NCBI RefSeq assembly: GCF_009914755.1
Contig: NC_060926.1
Reading direction: 5' to 3' (one strand)
Length of the DNA: 64,000 nucleotides
From: the human T2T-CHM13v2.0 reference genome, Homo sapiens
The notes beneath the pieces were generated by a model. The model had not been told where the DNA came from, searched no databases, and saw only the letters and a program-made list of their open reading frames with translations. Shown here piece by piece: positions 15,866 to 37,730 of the stretch. How positions within the stretch are numbered: position 1 is the first letter of the stretch; every line of letters begins with the position of its first letter. A program made the position numbers and the translations under genes.

Positions 15866-17034
15866 GTTTTTATTTATTTATTTAACTTTTATTTTAGGCT
15901 CAGAGGTACATGTGCAGGTTTGCTACATAGGTAAACTTGTGTCATGGGTGTTTGTTGTACAGATTATTTTGTCACCCAGCTACCAAGCCTAGTACCCAAT
16001 AGTTATTTTTTCTGCTCCTCTCCCTCCTCTCACCCTCTACCCTCAAGTAGGACCCAATGTTTGTTGTTCCTTTCTTTGTGTTCATGAGTTCTCCTTATTT
16101 AGCTCCCACTTATAAGTGAGAACATGAAGCATTTGGTTTTCTGTTCCTACATTAGTTTGCTAATAATAATGGCCTCCAGCTCCATCCATGTTCCTGCAAA
16201 AGACATGATCTCGTTGTTTTTTATGGCTGCATAGTATTCTATGGTGTATATTTACCACATTTTCTTTATCCAATCTGTCATAGATGGGCATTTAGGTTGA
16301 TTCCATGTCTTTCCTATTGTGAATAGTGCTACAATGAATATTCACATGAATGTGTCTTATGGTAGAATGATTTATATTCTTTTGGGTGTATACCCAATAA
16401 TGAGATTGCTGGGTCAAATGGTAGTTCTGTTTTTAGGTCTTTGAGGAATTGCCATGCTGCTTTCAATAATGGTTGAACTAATTTACACTCCCACCAACAG
16501 TGTATAAGTTTTCCCATTTCTCTGCAACTTCTCCAGCATCTGTTATTTTTTGACTTTTTAGTAACAGCCATTCTGACTGGTATTACATGGTATCTCATTG
16601 TAGTTTTGATTTGCATTTCCCTAATGATAACTAATGTTGAGCTTTTTTTCATATACTTGTTGATCACATGCATGTCTTCTTCTGAGAAGTGTCTGTTCAT
16701 GTTTTTTGCCCACTTGTTAATGGGGTTGTTTTTCTCTTGTAATTTGTTTAAGTTCCTTATAGATGCTGGATATTAGACCTTTGTCAGATGCATAGTTTGC
16801 AAAAATGTTCTCCCATTCTGTAGGCTGTCCATTTACTCTGTTGATAATTTCTTTTGCTGTACAGAAGTTATTTAGTTTAATTAGATCCCATTTGTCAATT
16901 TTTGCTTTTGTTGCAATTGCTTTTGGCATCTTTCTCATGAAATCTGTGCCCATTACTATGTTCAGGATGGTAGTGCCTAGGTTGTCTTCCAAGGTTTTTA
17001 TACTTTTTGGTTTTACATTTAAGTCTTTAATTCA
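15866..17034 (-). mobile_element. L1 (L1PA13-15-like) 3' segment: non-inverted half of a twin-primed insertion
   Basis: Minus-strand ORF2 peptides ([18 protein letters not shown]; [12 protein letters not shown]) and 3'UTR. Confidence 0.92.
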
Positions 17035-18792
17035 GACCAAAAAAAGCCATTCAAAAGATAAATGAATCCAGGAGTTGGCTTTTTGAAAAAAGTAACTAGT
17101 AAAGAAGAAAAGAGAGAAGATCCAAATAAACACAATTAGAAATGACAAACGGGACATTACCACTGACCTCACAGAAATAAAAATAAACACCAAAAACTAC
17201 TACAAACACCTCTACACACAAAAATTAGAAAACCTAGGCGAGATGGATAGATTTCTGGACACTTACACCCTCCAAAGACTGAACCAGGGAGAAACTGATT
17301 CCCTGAACAGATCAATAATGAGCTCTGAAATTGAATCAGTAATAAATAGCCTACCAACCAAAAAAAAAAAGGCCAGTACCAGATGGATTCACAGCCGAAT
17401 TCTACCAGATGTACAAAAAAGAGCTGGTACCATACCTACTAAAACTATCCCAAAAATTGAAGAGGAGGGACTCCTCCCCAACTCACTGGGAGGCCAGCAT
17501 CATCCTGATACCAAAATCTGACAAAGACACAACAGAAAATAAAATTTCAGGCCAATATCATTAATGAACATTGATATAAAAATCATCAATAAAATACTTT
17601 CCAGCCGAATCCAGCAGCACATCAAAAAGTTAATCCACCATGAGCAAGTAGGCTTCCTCCCCAAGATGCAAGGTTGGTTCAACATATGCAAATCAATAAA
17701 TGTAATTCATCACATAAAGAGACCTAAAGACAAAAACCAAATGATTATCTCAATAGATGCAGAAAAGGCTTTCAATAGAATTCAACATCCATTCATGTTA
17801 AAAACTTTCAATAAACTAGGTATAGAAGGAACATAACTCAGAATAATAAGAGCCATCTATGACAGACCCACAGCCAACATCATACTGAATGGGCAAAAGC
17901 TGGAAACATTCCCCTTGAAAACTGGCACAAGACAAGGATGCTCTCTCACCACTCCTATTCAACATAGTATTGGAAGTCTTGGCCAGCGCAATCAGGCAAG
18001 AGAAAGAAATAAAGGGTACCCAAATAGGAAGACAGGACGTCAAACTATCCCTGATTGCAGACAATATGATTTGATATCAAGAAAACCCCATAGTCTTGGC
18101 CAAAAGCTCCTGCAGCTGATAAACAATGTCAGCAAAGCTTCAGGATACAAAATCAATGTACAAAGATCACTAACATTCCTATACACCAACAACAACCAAG
18201 CTGAGAGTCAAATCAATTCCCATTCACAATTGCCATAAAAAGAATAAAATACCCAGGAATACAGCTAACCAGGGAGGTGACAGAGTTCCACAATCAGAAT
18301 TACAAACCACTGCTCAAACAAATCAGAGATAACACAAACAAATGGAAAAACATTCCATGTTCATGTATAAGAAGAATTAATATCATTAAAATGGCCATTC
18401 TGCCCAAATGATTCGATGTTATTCCTATCAAAGTACTGATGACATTCCTCACAGAGCTAGACAAAAACTATCTTAAAATTCATATGGAACCAAAAAAGAA
18501 CCGGAATACCCAAGACAATGCTGAAGGCATCAGGCTACCTGACTTCAAACGATGCTACAGGGCTACAGACAGCATGGTACTGGTACAAACACAGACACAT
18601 AGACCAATGGAACAGAATAGAGAGCCCATAAATACGGCCACACACCTACAACCATCTGATCTTTGACAAAGCTGACGAAAACAAGCAATGGGAAAAGGAC
18701 TCCATATTCAATAAATGGTGCTGGGATAACTGGCTAGCCATATGCAGAAGATTGAAACTGGACCCCTTCCTTACAACATATACAAAAATCAA
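17035..18792 (+). mobile_element. L1 ORF2 (RT region): inverted half of the same insertion
   Basis: Plus-strand ORF2 peptides ([24 protein letters not shown]); ends at 'tacaaaaatcaa', adjacent in the L1 consensus to where the minus segment begins. Confidence 0.9.
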
Positions 18793-19067
18793 TTTTTCTG
18801 TACATGTCTGACTGCCCATTTTATCAAATAATCTCAGTTCAACCCAGGAATTCTATACTCCTTCCTAATAAAATACTCAATAAAATAGGAATAGATAGAA
18901 ACTTTCTTAATATATCGCAGCACAAAAGCCAGGAGCATATAATAAGGAAATACCAGAAGCACCCCTTTTAAAGGCAAGAATGAGAGAAGGAAAACTACTA
19001 TCACAAGTACTATTTCAGATTATATAGGATGTATTAGTTGTAACGCCATTAAGAAAGAGAAAATATG

Positions 19068-19448
<381 letters not shown>

Positions 19449-19674
19449 TTATATGGTATATACCTGCATGTGCCAAAAAAATTAATGGGAAAAACAACTA
19501 CAAACAATAAGATTTCAGGTATATTATTTAGGTGGCAGAATATAAAATTAATATACAGAAATCCATAGAATTTATCAAAACAACAACCAGTTAAATGACA
19601 TAATGGAAACTAGGATGTTGTTTACTATAACAGCAAAAATATAAAATGCTAAAATTATACTTAATAAAAAGTTG

Positions 19675-20545
<871 letters not shown>

Positions 20546-21079
20546 GAAATGTAAAATCCTCCGTGAGAAAAAGATCATTAAAACCCTTCTGAAAAAAACA
20601 CAAATATAGACGTGAACACATTTCTAGAGCCATTTCATGAAGAAGCAGACTCAGTATCACAAAGATGTCAGTTCTTTCTGTGTTAATTCACAGATCTAAT
20701 GTGATTTTATTTAAATAATCAACAACTTTTTTCCTAGAGCTAATAAAATTGATTCTAAAGTGCATATGGAAAGATAGGGAAGTCAAAATAGAACAGGAAA
20801 CCCCTGAAATATAGAAATGGTGGGTAGGGGGAAGATGGGAGGAAGAAGGACTACCTCTACCAGATATTACAACATTATCAAGCCTCAAAAATTAAAATAA
20901 TATGGCATTGGCATATGAGTAGTCAGACCGTGAAACAAAATTGAATGCCCAGAAATAGAAAAAGTACACATAGAAACATAATAAAACATAAAGCAGCATT
21001 TTGAATCAAGATAAAATATGGTCAGTCAGTTCTGCTAAAGTGGCAAATAACCATTCTTACAAATTACGCCATTATGTAA

Positions 21080-21447
<368 letters not shown>

Positions 21448-21612
21448 TAAGAAATACATAGATACTATTTTTTAAATGGCACTTAATCTTAAAAAAGACC
21501 TGAAATTTGCTTGTGAAAGTGTATGTAGGAAAGATTGCAGCTTGTGAGTTACTAGGAAATGGTACAAGGAGGATTCTCACAGTTTGTGACGTTTCACAGC
21601 TTTAAATTCTTT

Positions 21613-22063
21613 TGATGCAGGGAAGGCAAGTCTTAAAGTTGGGGTTTAGCCCAGGAAGTTTCTTGGCTTCACCCAGGAAAGAATTCAAGTGTGAACCAGT
21701 GGTAGAAGAAAACAGCTTTATTGAGGCAGCAGCATTACAGCTCCATGACTGCTCCTGCAGGGCAGGGCTACCCCATAGGCAGTGTATAGACAGTAACAGC
21801 TCAGGGATACTTCTGCACTCTTATTTATACCTACTTTCAATTACATGTAAATTAATGAGATTATTCAGAAATTTCTAGAAAAGGGGTGGTAACTTCCAGG
21901 TTGCTGCCGTGGAAAAGGGCAGTAACTTTCAGGTGTTGCTATGGCAATGATAAACTGTCATGGGGCTGAAGGGTGTATCTTAAGGAGAGGTACTTTTGGT
22001 GCCTCTTCCTTTCTTCAGCCAGTCTTCAATCTGGTCTGGAGTCAAGTCCTACCTCCTACTTCA
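21613..22063 (-). mobile_element. Solo ERV1 LTR, MER51-like
   Basis: TG...CA termini; minus strand starts 'tgaagtaggaggtaggacttgactccagaccagattgaagactggctgaa'. Confidence 0.7.
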
Positions 22064-22234
22064 CTGGGGCCTGTTTTTTTTGTTGTTTTTTTTTTGTGCC
22101 TTTGAGATGTAGATCCTTCAAGAGATACATTTTCAATAACAGCTGTTTCCTCAAAACTGAAGTTTGATACAATATATAGCCTAGCTCTTCAATTCACATG
22201 TGTTTCACTGCTGGAAATTCTTTTATAATTATTT

Positions 22235-22397
22235 AATTATTTATTTTAGAGAGAGAGAGAGTCTTGCTCTGTTGCCCAGGCTGGAGTGCAGTGCTGCAAT
22301 CAGAGTTCATTGCACCCTCAAACTCCTGGGCTCAAGCCATCCTCCTGCCTCAGTCTCCCAAAGTGCTGGGATTACAGGCATGAGCCACCATACCTAT
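22235..22397 (-). mobile_element. Alu monomer (FLAM/AluJ-like)
   Basis: Single-arm Alu; TSD ctggaaattcttt at ~22211 and ~22398. Confidence 0.85.
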
Positions 22398-22499
22398 CTG
22401 GAAATTCTTTCGTGGCTTTTTTGTGCACAAAAAAAACCTGACAGCTGAAGACTTTGAACACTACAGTGATGTTTAAAATTGCCAAACGAGCACCTCTAA

Positions 22500-22871
<372 letters not shown>

Positions 22872-23089
22872 TACTCTTTCTCTTTGATTATAAGAAAGGC
22901 TGTTCTCAACACAGTTTGGTCTTCAATCTATATTCCACAATTTTTCCATTTCTTCTATTTCTTGAGACCTCCTTTTCTTATTGACTTCACAGCACTTGAA
23001 CTTGTTCCAGCCACGATGTTTCTTTTATTTTGTGGAGTTTCTGACTGTCTACAATGTGAACTTCCATATGCCTTTTACCTGAGAGAGAT

Positions 23090-23579
23090 TGTTACGGAAT
23101 ACCAGGCATTTGGTCTAGGTCCAGTTGCTTGCCACACAGAAGGCCAATCACTGAGATGAGCATTGCCTGAGAAGACTTTAATCGGGAGCTGTGTCTGAGG
23201 AGATGGGTGATCAGTTTCAAATCTATCTTCCTGACCAACTAAAAGTAGGGGTTTATATAGCAGGGAAGAAATGTAAACATGTGTGGGGAAACAGTAATTA
23301 GGCAGGGGTAAGGAAGAAATGTTGCTCAACAGGAAGCAGGTAGTAGGTTAGGCAGTCATGATGGATAAAGGGTCTGGTGTCTTATTTTCCAGATGCAATG
23401 ATCTAGTAAGTTTCAGTTCCTTGATACTATCTGGGACTCCTGAGAGTTCATTTCCTGAGAAAGGAGCTCAGATAAGACAATTATAACTTTCTCAAGTTCT
23501 AAGACTGGGAGGCTTAGTTTCTATGTTTAATCAAAGAAGCCCTAAATATCAGCTCTATGGAATAATTGGGCTGGTTTCA
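23090..23579 (-). mobile_element. Solo ERV1 LTR, LOR1-like
   Basis: 'tgttacggaataccagg...ggtctaggtcc...gccaatcactgag...ctggtttca'; TG...CA termini; flanks agat/atat. Confidence 0.75.
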
Positions 23580-23965
23580 ATATCACATATTTTCTCATTT
23601 CCCTCAAAACTTTTACTATGTCAAGACTTTACCCAATATTTAGTTTTTCTTTTTCATGCACTGCTTAGCATTTTTGAACCAGCCTGCTTAGGCATGTGTG
23701 GGAAGTTAAATGAATGTTGTTGTTGTTGTTTAACACAGAAAAGTTTACAAATGTGTAAAATAATAGCAAAACACAACCTTATCAGATAAGATTGCAGTGA
23801 ACTGAGGTAGATGTCTGAGGACTGTGTGTGTGTAGGGGTGTGTCTGTGCATGTTGTACTCCTCCATAGGGTAGCCCAGTTAAGTTTTTTGTGTGAGTTTT
23901 ATGTTTCTAACATAAAATTGTGCATAAGAAAATGCAAATTTAGTGTTATGATCAAACATATATGA

Positions 23966-24302
<337 letters not shown>

Positions 24303-24675
24303 AACAACTTGTGTTTTCAAAACAAGTATAATAGCGGAACTGACTACACTTTCTAAATGTGGAAAAAGATAAAATTGAGTCCAAAAAATAAACTCCAAAT
24401 GGATCAAAGATCCAAAGGTAAAAAATGAAACTATACAAGTATGGGAAAAAGACAAGTACAAGACTAGAATTTCTATACATCCTGCAAGTGGAGAAAGTTT
24501 TCTAACCCCAAATACAAACTACAGAAACAATAAAAGATTTACAAATTTGACTATATCAAAAACTGTTTAAATCATGACCGATAAAAATAAAACAAAACAA
24601 AGTCAATGAAGAAAAATAACAAGTAGGAAAAAAAGCTTGCAGCTTTTCACTAGCAAAGGGCTTAACTACTTTTTA

Positions 24676-25066
<391 letters not shown>

Positions 25067-25483
25067 GAAATGCAAAATGGTTCAACAGAGGATCATTTTG
25101 TAATACCTAAAAAAAATTATATAAAAATGATACACCAAAACTATTTCTAAAGCTTCATTCCAAAAATAAACTGCCAAAAATACTAAGAAAATTTACTTGA
25201 CAATACCGTATGTAATATATGTACATTGTGTATTATATATAGTATACATTTTATTGTATTTTCTAGCCAATACAGGCTGCTAATTAAATAGCTGAGAAAA
25301 AATAAGCTACATAAATATTTAAACTAAACAATTCTCACCAAGAAAGAACTCACTAGTTTATTACTCTGCTTTGAAGTAGAGACTACAAATCCAAACTGCA
25401 AGCCTTATGTAAGTAATCACGTCAAGAACAGACTTTCCTGAAGAAGAAAATTCTACAAGCTTTTAAAGATGCAAAACATATAA

Positions 25484-25710
<227 letters not shown>

Positions 25711-25986
25711 AAAACATATAATTTTTAATTGACCATATAACATATCATTTCTAATTAACCATATAAATGTTAAAATTATTAATTTCTTAAATGATGTATT
25801 AGGTTATATTGGTGTCATTCATATATACGTATATAAATGACACATTCATACATTCCCAATGAGAAAGGGAGGGGTAGATTCAGAGAGACAGCAGAAAGAA
25901 GAGGAGATTTAGCATTTAAGAAGTGCCTTGCATGATGCAAGCTTTTGACAAGCATTTTAATAATAGCAGCACTGTGGTTATTCTGA

Positions 25987-26068
25987 ATATATATATATAT
26001 TCAGAGTATATATAAATATATAACATATACATATATATATACACACACACAGAGAGAGAGAGAGAGAA
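25987..26068. repeat. Compound (TA)n(CA)n(GA)n microsatellite
   Basis: Read directly from the sequence. Confidence 0.9.
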
Positions 26069-27481
26069 CAGATAGACATATCTCCACAAAGTAACTTTGT
26101 AAAACCTTGACTATCAAAAGAGAAACAGATGGCTTGCCTGCTTTTAATGCCCAATTAAACTTATATATACTAAAGAAATAAAATAATCCCCACTGCTTAT
26201 TGTTAGTCTTTGTAGTTAACAAAAGGACATTCTCTGCTTTCGAAGCTCACTGAAGTTTTTAGTAAATCAGCTAATGATGTATTTGTATGCTATGTATAAT
26301 ATGTTTATGTAATACTCATTCTCATTATTGAAAAAGTGGCATAGTTGACTATTCTTTAATTATTTCAATGGAAACAACATTGACTTTGGAGTCATACAAA
26401 CTTGGAATTAAAATTTGGCATGGCATTTTGATAGATGAGTCACTTTGTGCCAGTTATTTAACCTCTCTAAAATTCAGTCTACTCATCTACAAATTGTGAA
26501 CAATCAGTGCTTGCTATTATTAAAACGCCTGTCAAAAGTTAGGACCATGGGAGGGACTGCCTGAGTGCTAAATCTCCTCTCCTGTCTGCACTCTGTCTGA
26601 GTGTGCCCTTCCCTTTCTTGCTGGCCTCTGTGATTAGAGCACAGACATTCAAGGCTCACCCTAAACCAAAGTGTTACATCAGCAAAACTGATCAAAGTGC
26701 TTTTGCTTTTTGATCACGCACCTTCCTCCCCATCTTATGTGTCCAATATTTTCTTTCCACTTCCCTAACAAAAGTCTCCTCTGCTAATTGGCAAGTGAAG
26801 CTGAATATATTATCCCTGCCAAGATAATATGCATTTTAATAAGACACAAAATCTATTCTACTAGTCATTAGAGCAATCTTAATCATCATATATCATATAA
26901 TGATTCTGTACCACATAACGAGCTTGATTTGAACCAAGTTGAACAGGCTTAACAGCCTGCTCTTCCAGAAAAATTGAAAAATATTTTATATACCCTTCTT
27001 TTCCTTCCCCTCCAATAGGCAAGTTTATGGACTGGAAAATTTTCTGATCACTCCAGAAGTCATCTGCAAAGTAGGAAGAGAACTGAAGTAAAATACACCT
27101 TCCAAATATATACAACAATAACAAAAATGAAAAAAATCTATTAATATAATTATATGATTTTTCTTCTTTAATCTGCTATGGTAATGACTTATATGAATAG
27201 ATTTCCTAGGGTTAAACTATCTTTCAACCTTGAAATGCAAAAAAGTACTTGTTTATGGTTTATTTCTCTTGTAATACATTGTTAAATTTAATTTGCTAAT
27301 ATTTTATTTAGATATGTATATCTATTCATGTATATTTTTGTTTGAACTATTCTTACTAGTATTCAGAATTAAGGTTGCCTTTAAAAAATTAATTGTGGCC
27401 ATTTTGCATCCATTTTTGGTCTGAAATAGCAAGTAATAGAGGAATTATAAGTTATTTGAAAGTTAGGTTGACAGGCGGTTC

Positions 27482-27492
27482 CAAGATGGCCG
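27482..27492 (+). promoter_or_regulatory. YY1 site of the L1 internal promoter
   Basis: CAAGATGGCCG intact at the L1 5' end. Confidence 0.85.
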
Positions 27493-28501
27493 AATAGGAA
27501 CAGCTCCAGTCTACAGCTCCCAGTGTGAGCAATGCAGAGACAGGTGATTTCTGCATTTCCAACTGAGGTACCGGGTTCATCTCACTGGGGCTTGTCGGAC
27601 AGTGCATGCAGGACAGTGGGTGCAGTGCACCGAGCATGAGCCAAAGCAGGGCAAGGCATCACCTTACCCGGGAAACGCAAGGGCTCAGGGAATTCCCTTT
27701 CATAGCCATGCAAAGCTGTGACAGATAGCACCTGGAAAATTGGGTCACTCCCACCCTAATACTGCGCTTTTCCAATGGTCTTAGCAAACGGCACACCAGG
27801 AGATTATATCCCGCGCATGGCTTGGAGGGTCCCACGCCCATGGAGCCTCGCTCAGTGCTAGCAAAGCAGTCTGAGATCAAACTTCAAGGCGGCAGCCAAG
27901 CTGGGGGAGGGGCGCCCGCCATTGCTGAGGCTTGAGTAGGTAAACAAAGCAGCCCGCTGGGAAGCTTGAACTAGGTGGAGCCCACCGCAGCTCAAGGAGG
28001 CCTGCCTGCCTCTGTAGGCTCCATCTCTGAGGGCAGGGCATAGCTGAACAAAAGGCAGCAGAAACCTCTGCAGACTTAAATGTCCCTGTCTGACAGCTTT
28101 GAAGAGAGTAGTGGTTCTCCCAGCACGGAGTTTGAGATCTGAGAACGGACAGACTGCCTCCTCAAGTGGGTCCCTGACCCCCAAGTAGCCTTTCTGGGAG
28201 GCACCCCCCAGTAGGGGCAGACTGACACCACACAGGGCTGGGTTTCCCTCTGAGATGAAACTTCCAGAGGAACAATCAGACAGCAACATTCGCTGTTCAG
28301 CAATATTCCCTGTTCTGCAGCCTCTGCTGCTGATACCCAGGCAAACAGCGTCTGGAGTGGACCTCCAGCAAACTCCAACAGACCTGCAGCTGAGGGTCCT
28401 GACTGTTAAAAGGAAAACTAACAAACAGAAAGGACATCCACACCAAAACCCCATCTGTACGTCACCAATATCAAAGACCAAAGGTAGATAAAACCACAAA
28501 G

Positions 28502-29513
28502 ATGGGGAAAAAACAGAACAGAAAAACTGAAAATTCTAAAAATCGAGCACCTCTCCTCCTCCAAAGGAACGCAGCTCCTCACCAGCAACGAAACAAAGCT
28601 GGACGGAGAATGACTTTGATGAGTTGAGAGAAGAAGGTTTCAGAAAATTAAACTTCTCCAAGCTGAAGGAAGTTCGAACCCATCGCAAACAAGTTAAAAA
28701 CCTTGAAAAAAGATTAGACGAATGGCTAACTAGAACAACCAATGCAGAGAAGTCCTTAAAGGACCTGATGGAGCTGAAAACCATGGCACAAGAACTATGC
28801 GATGAATGCAAAAGCTTCGTAGCCGATTCGATCAACTGGAAAAAAGGGTATCACTGATTGAAGATCAAATGAATGAAATGAAGTGAGAAGAGAAGTTTAG
28901 AGAAAAAGGAATAAAAAGAAATGAACAAAGCCTCCAAGAAATATGGGACTATGTGAAAAGACCAAATCTAGGTCTGACTGGTGTACCTGAAAGTGACAGG
29001 GAGAATGGAACCAAGTTGGAAAACATTCTGCAGGATATTATCCAGGAGAACTTCCCCAACCTAGCAAGGCAGGCCAACATTCAAATTCAGGAAATACAGA
29101 GAATGCAACAAAGATACTCCTTGAGAAGAGCAACTCCAAGACACAAAATTGTCAGATTCACCAAAGTTGAAATGAAGGAAAAAACATTAAGGGGAGCCAG
29201 AGAGAAAGATCCGGTTACCCACAAAGGGAAGCCCATCAGACTAACAGCTGATCTCTCGGCAGAAACTCTACAAGCCAGAAAAGAGTGGGGGCCAATATAC
29301 AACATTCTTAAAGAAAACAATTTTCAACCCAGAAGTTCATATCCAGCCAAACTAAGCTTCATAAGTGAAGGAGAAATAAAATACTTTACACACAAGCAAA
29401 TGCCGAGAGATTTTGTCACCACTAGGCCTACCCTACAAGAGCTCCTGAAGGAAGCACTAAACATGGAAAGGAACAACCGGTATCAGCCACTGCAAAAACA
29501 TGCCAAATTGTAA
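28502..29513 (+). pseudogene. L1 ORF1p, disrupted
   Basis: Starts ATGGGGAAAAAACAG; ends ...PLQKHAKL*; split across 28624-28857 and 28953-29513 by indels and stops. Confidence 0.92.
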
Positions 29514-29576
29514 AGACCATCAAGGCTAGGAAGAAACTGCATCAACTAACGAGCAGAATAACCAGCTAACATCATA

Positions 29577-33390
<3,814 letters not shown>

Positions 33391-33884
33391 AAAATGAGAA
33401 CACTTGGACACAGGAAAGGGAACATCACACACTGGGGCCTGTTGTGGGGTGGGGGGAGTGGGTAGGGATAGCATTAGGAGATATACCTAATGTAAATTAT
33501 GAGTTAATGGGTGCAGCACACCAACATGGCACATGTATACATATGTAACAAACCTGGATGTTGTGCACATATACCCTAGAACTTAAAGTATAATAAAAAT
33601 ATATATATATATAAAATATATATATGTAATATATATAAAAGAAAGTTAGGTTGAATTCAGATATAAAACAATCTGGACTTGAAAACTTTTTATGGTTATC
33701 TTTAAGAACCTTTCCTAGTTCTTACACAGTAGTCAGTGTAAACATATCTGCCTCCTCTTGGGTCATTTCAGATAATTTATATGTTTCACTAGGTATCTGT
33801 GATTATGTTTTACTTAATCAGTGGTTACATAATTTATTGACTTTAAAAATAAATCTAGTTTCCATTTTTATTGTCCCAATTATT

Positions 33885-34048
<164 letters not shown>

Positions 34049-34329
34049 TCAACAATTAAAATAATTCCCTAGAATCCTATGAATCTTTGTTTCAAATTTC
34101 AAATATATATAAAATCAGTAAAGAGTATAGTGAACTCCCATTTATCTATATTACCCAACTTCAACAAGTATCAATTTTGGTCACTTATATTCATTTAACT
34201 TCTACCCAATTCTCCCCATCCCATATTATTTTGAAGCCAATCACAAATATCATATCATTTTATCATAAATATTTGTATTCCTTATTTAATAAGGAATCTC
34301 TTTCAACATAACCACAATACTGTATTATT

Positions 34330-35295
<966 letters not shown>

Positions 35296-36069
35296 GATGC
35301 AATGGGCTCAGATGGATTCTGTGCATGCAGTGAGTTTGCGCTGCACTTGAGAAACACTGAGCATCGGGAATCCACTCCATCTACAGAAGCGGTAACGAAG
35401 CCTACTCTCATCTGAGAAATGATCCATGTAAAAGGGCAGTCAGGTTTGAAACACCCAGAAGACATGTAGGAATACAAGAGATCCATGAAGAGATCTCTTC
35501 TGACAGGGGGAAGGGTCTTTACTTAGAGTTGGAAAGAACACATCTGTGTTAGAACAAATGTTTACAGAAAAAGGCACATATCCTTGACTAATACAGCATG
35601 TTCATATGCTAAAAACCCAGAAAGAAGAAAAATTCAAGAGAAGAAGAGCAACTGATGGAAGCAGACTCCTGAGAAAATGGATTATGGAACCCAGAGCTCC
35701 AGTGGAAGAATTGAAAGACTGTTGATATTACATAGAGGAAAAAAAAAGGTGGGGGGGGGGAGCAACAGTTGTTTGTTTTTTTTTTTTTTAAAAAGACAAG
35801 AAATAGAGAAGAAATTATAAAAGTGATTGTTTATGATGATGGGATTATTGATGCTATTTCTACTTAATATACTATCCCATTTTTTGGGAAGTAACATATT
35901 ATTTTATAATCTAAAAAATGGTTACCATTGTAAAATTTTTTTAATTCAGAAAAGCATTTAGATTACAAAATTAAAGAATTTAGAAACTATAATTAATGAG
36001 TATTCCTATTGTTTTCTTTGAAAGGCATATTTTAAATTTTTATTCCTCGCATTATTTAAAAGCCAAGCA

Positions 36070-37730
<1,661 letters not shown>

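Noticed and set aside
27858-28499. 213-aa minus-strand ORF
   Set aside because: Antisense reading of the L1 5'UTR with a non-ATG start; a common by-product of L1PA sequence with no sign of independent coding function.
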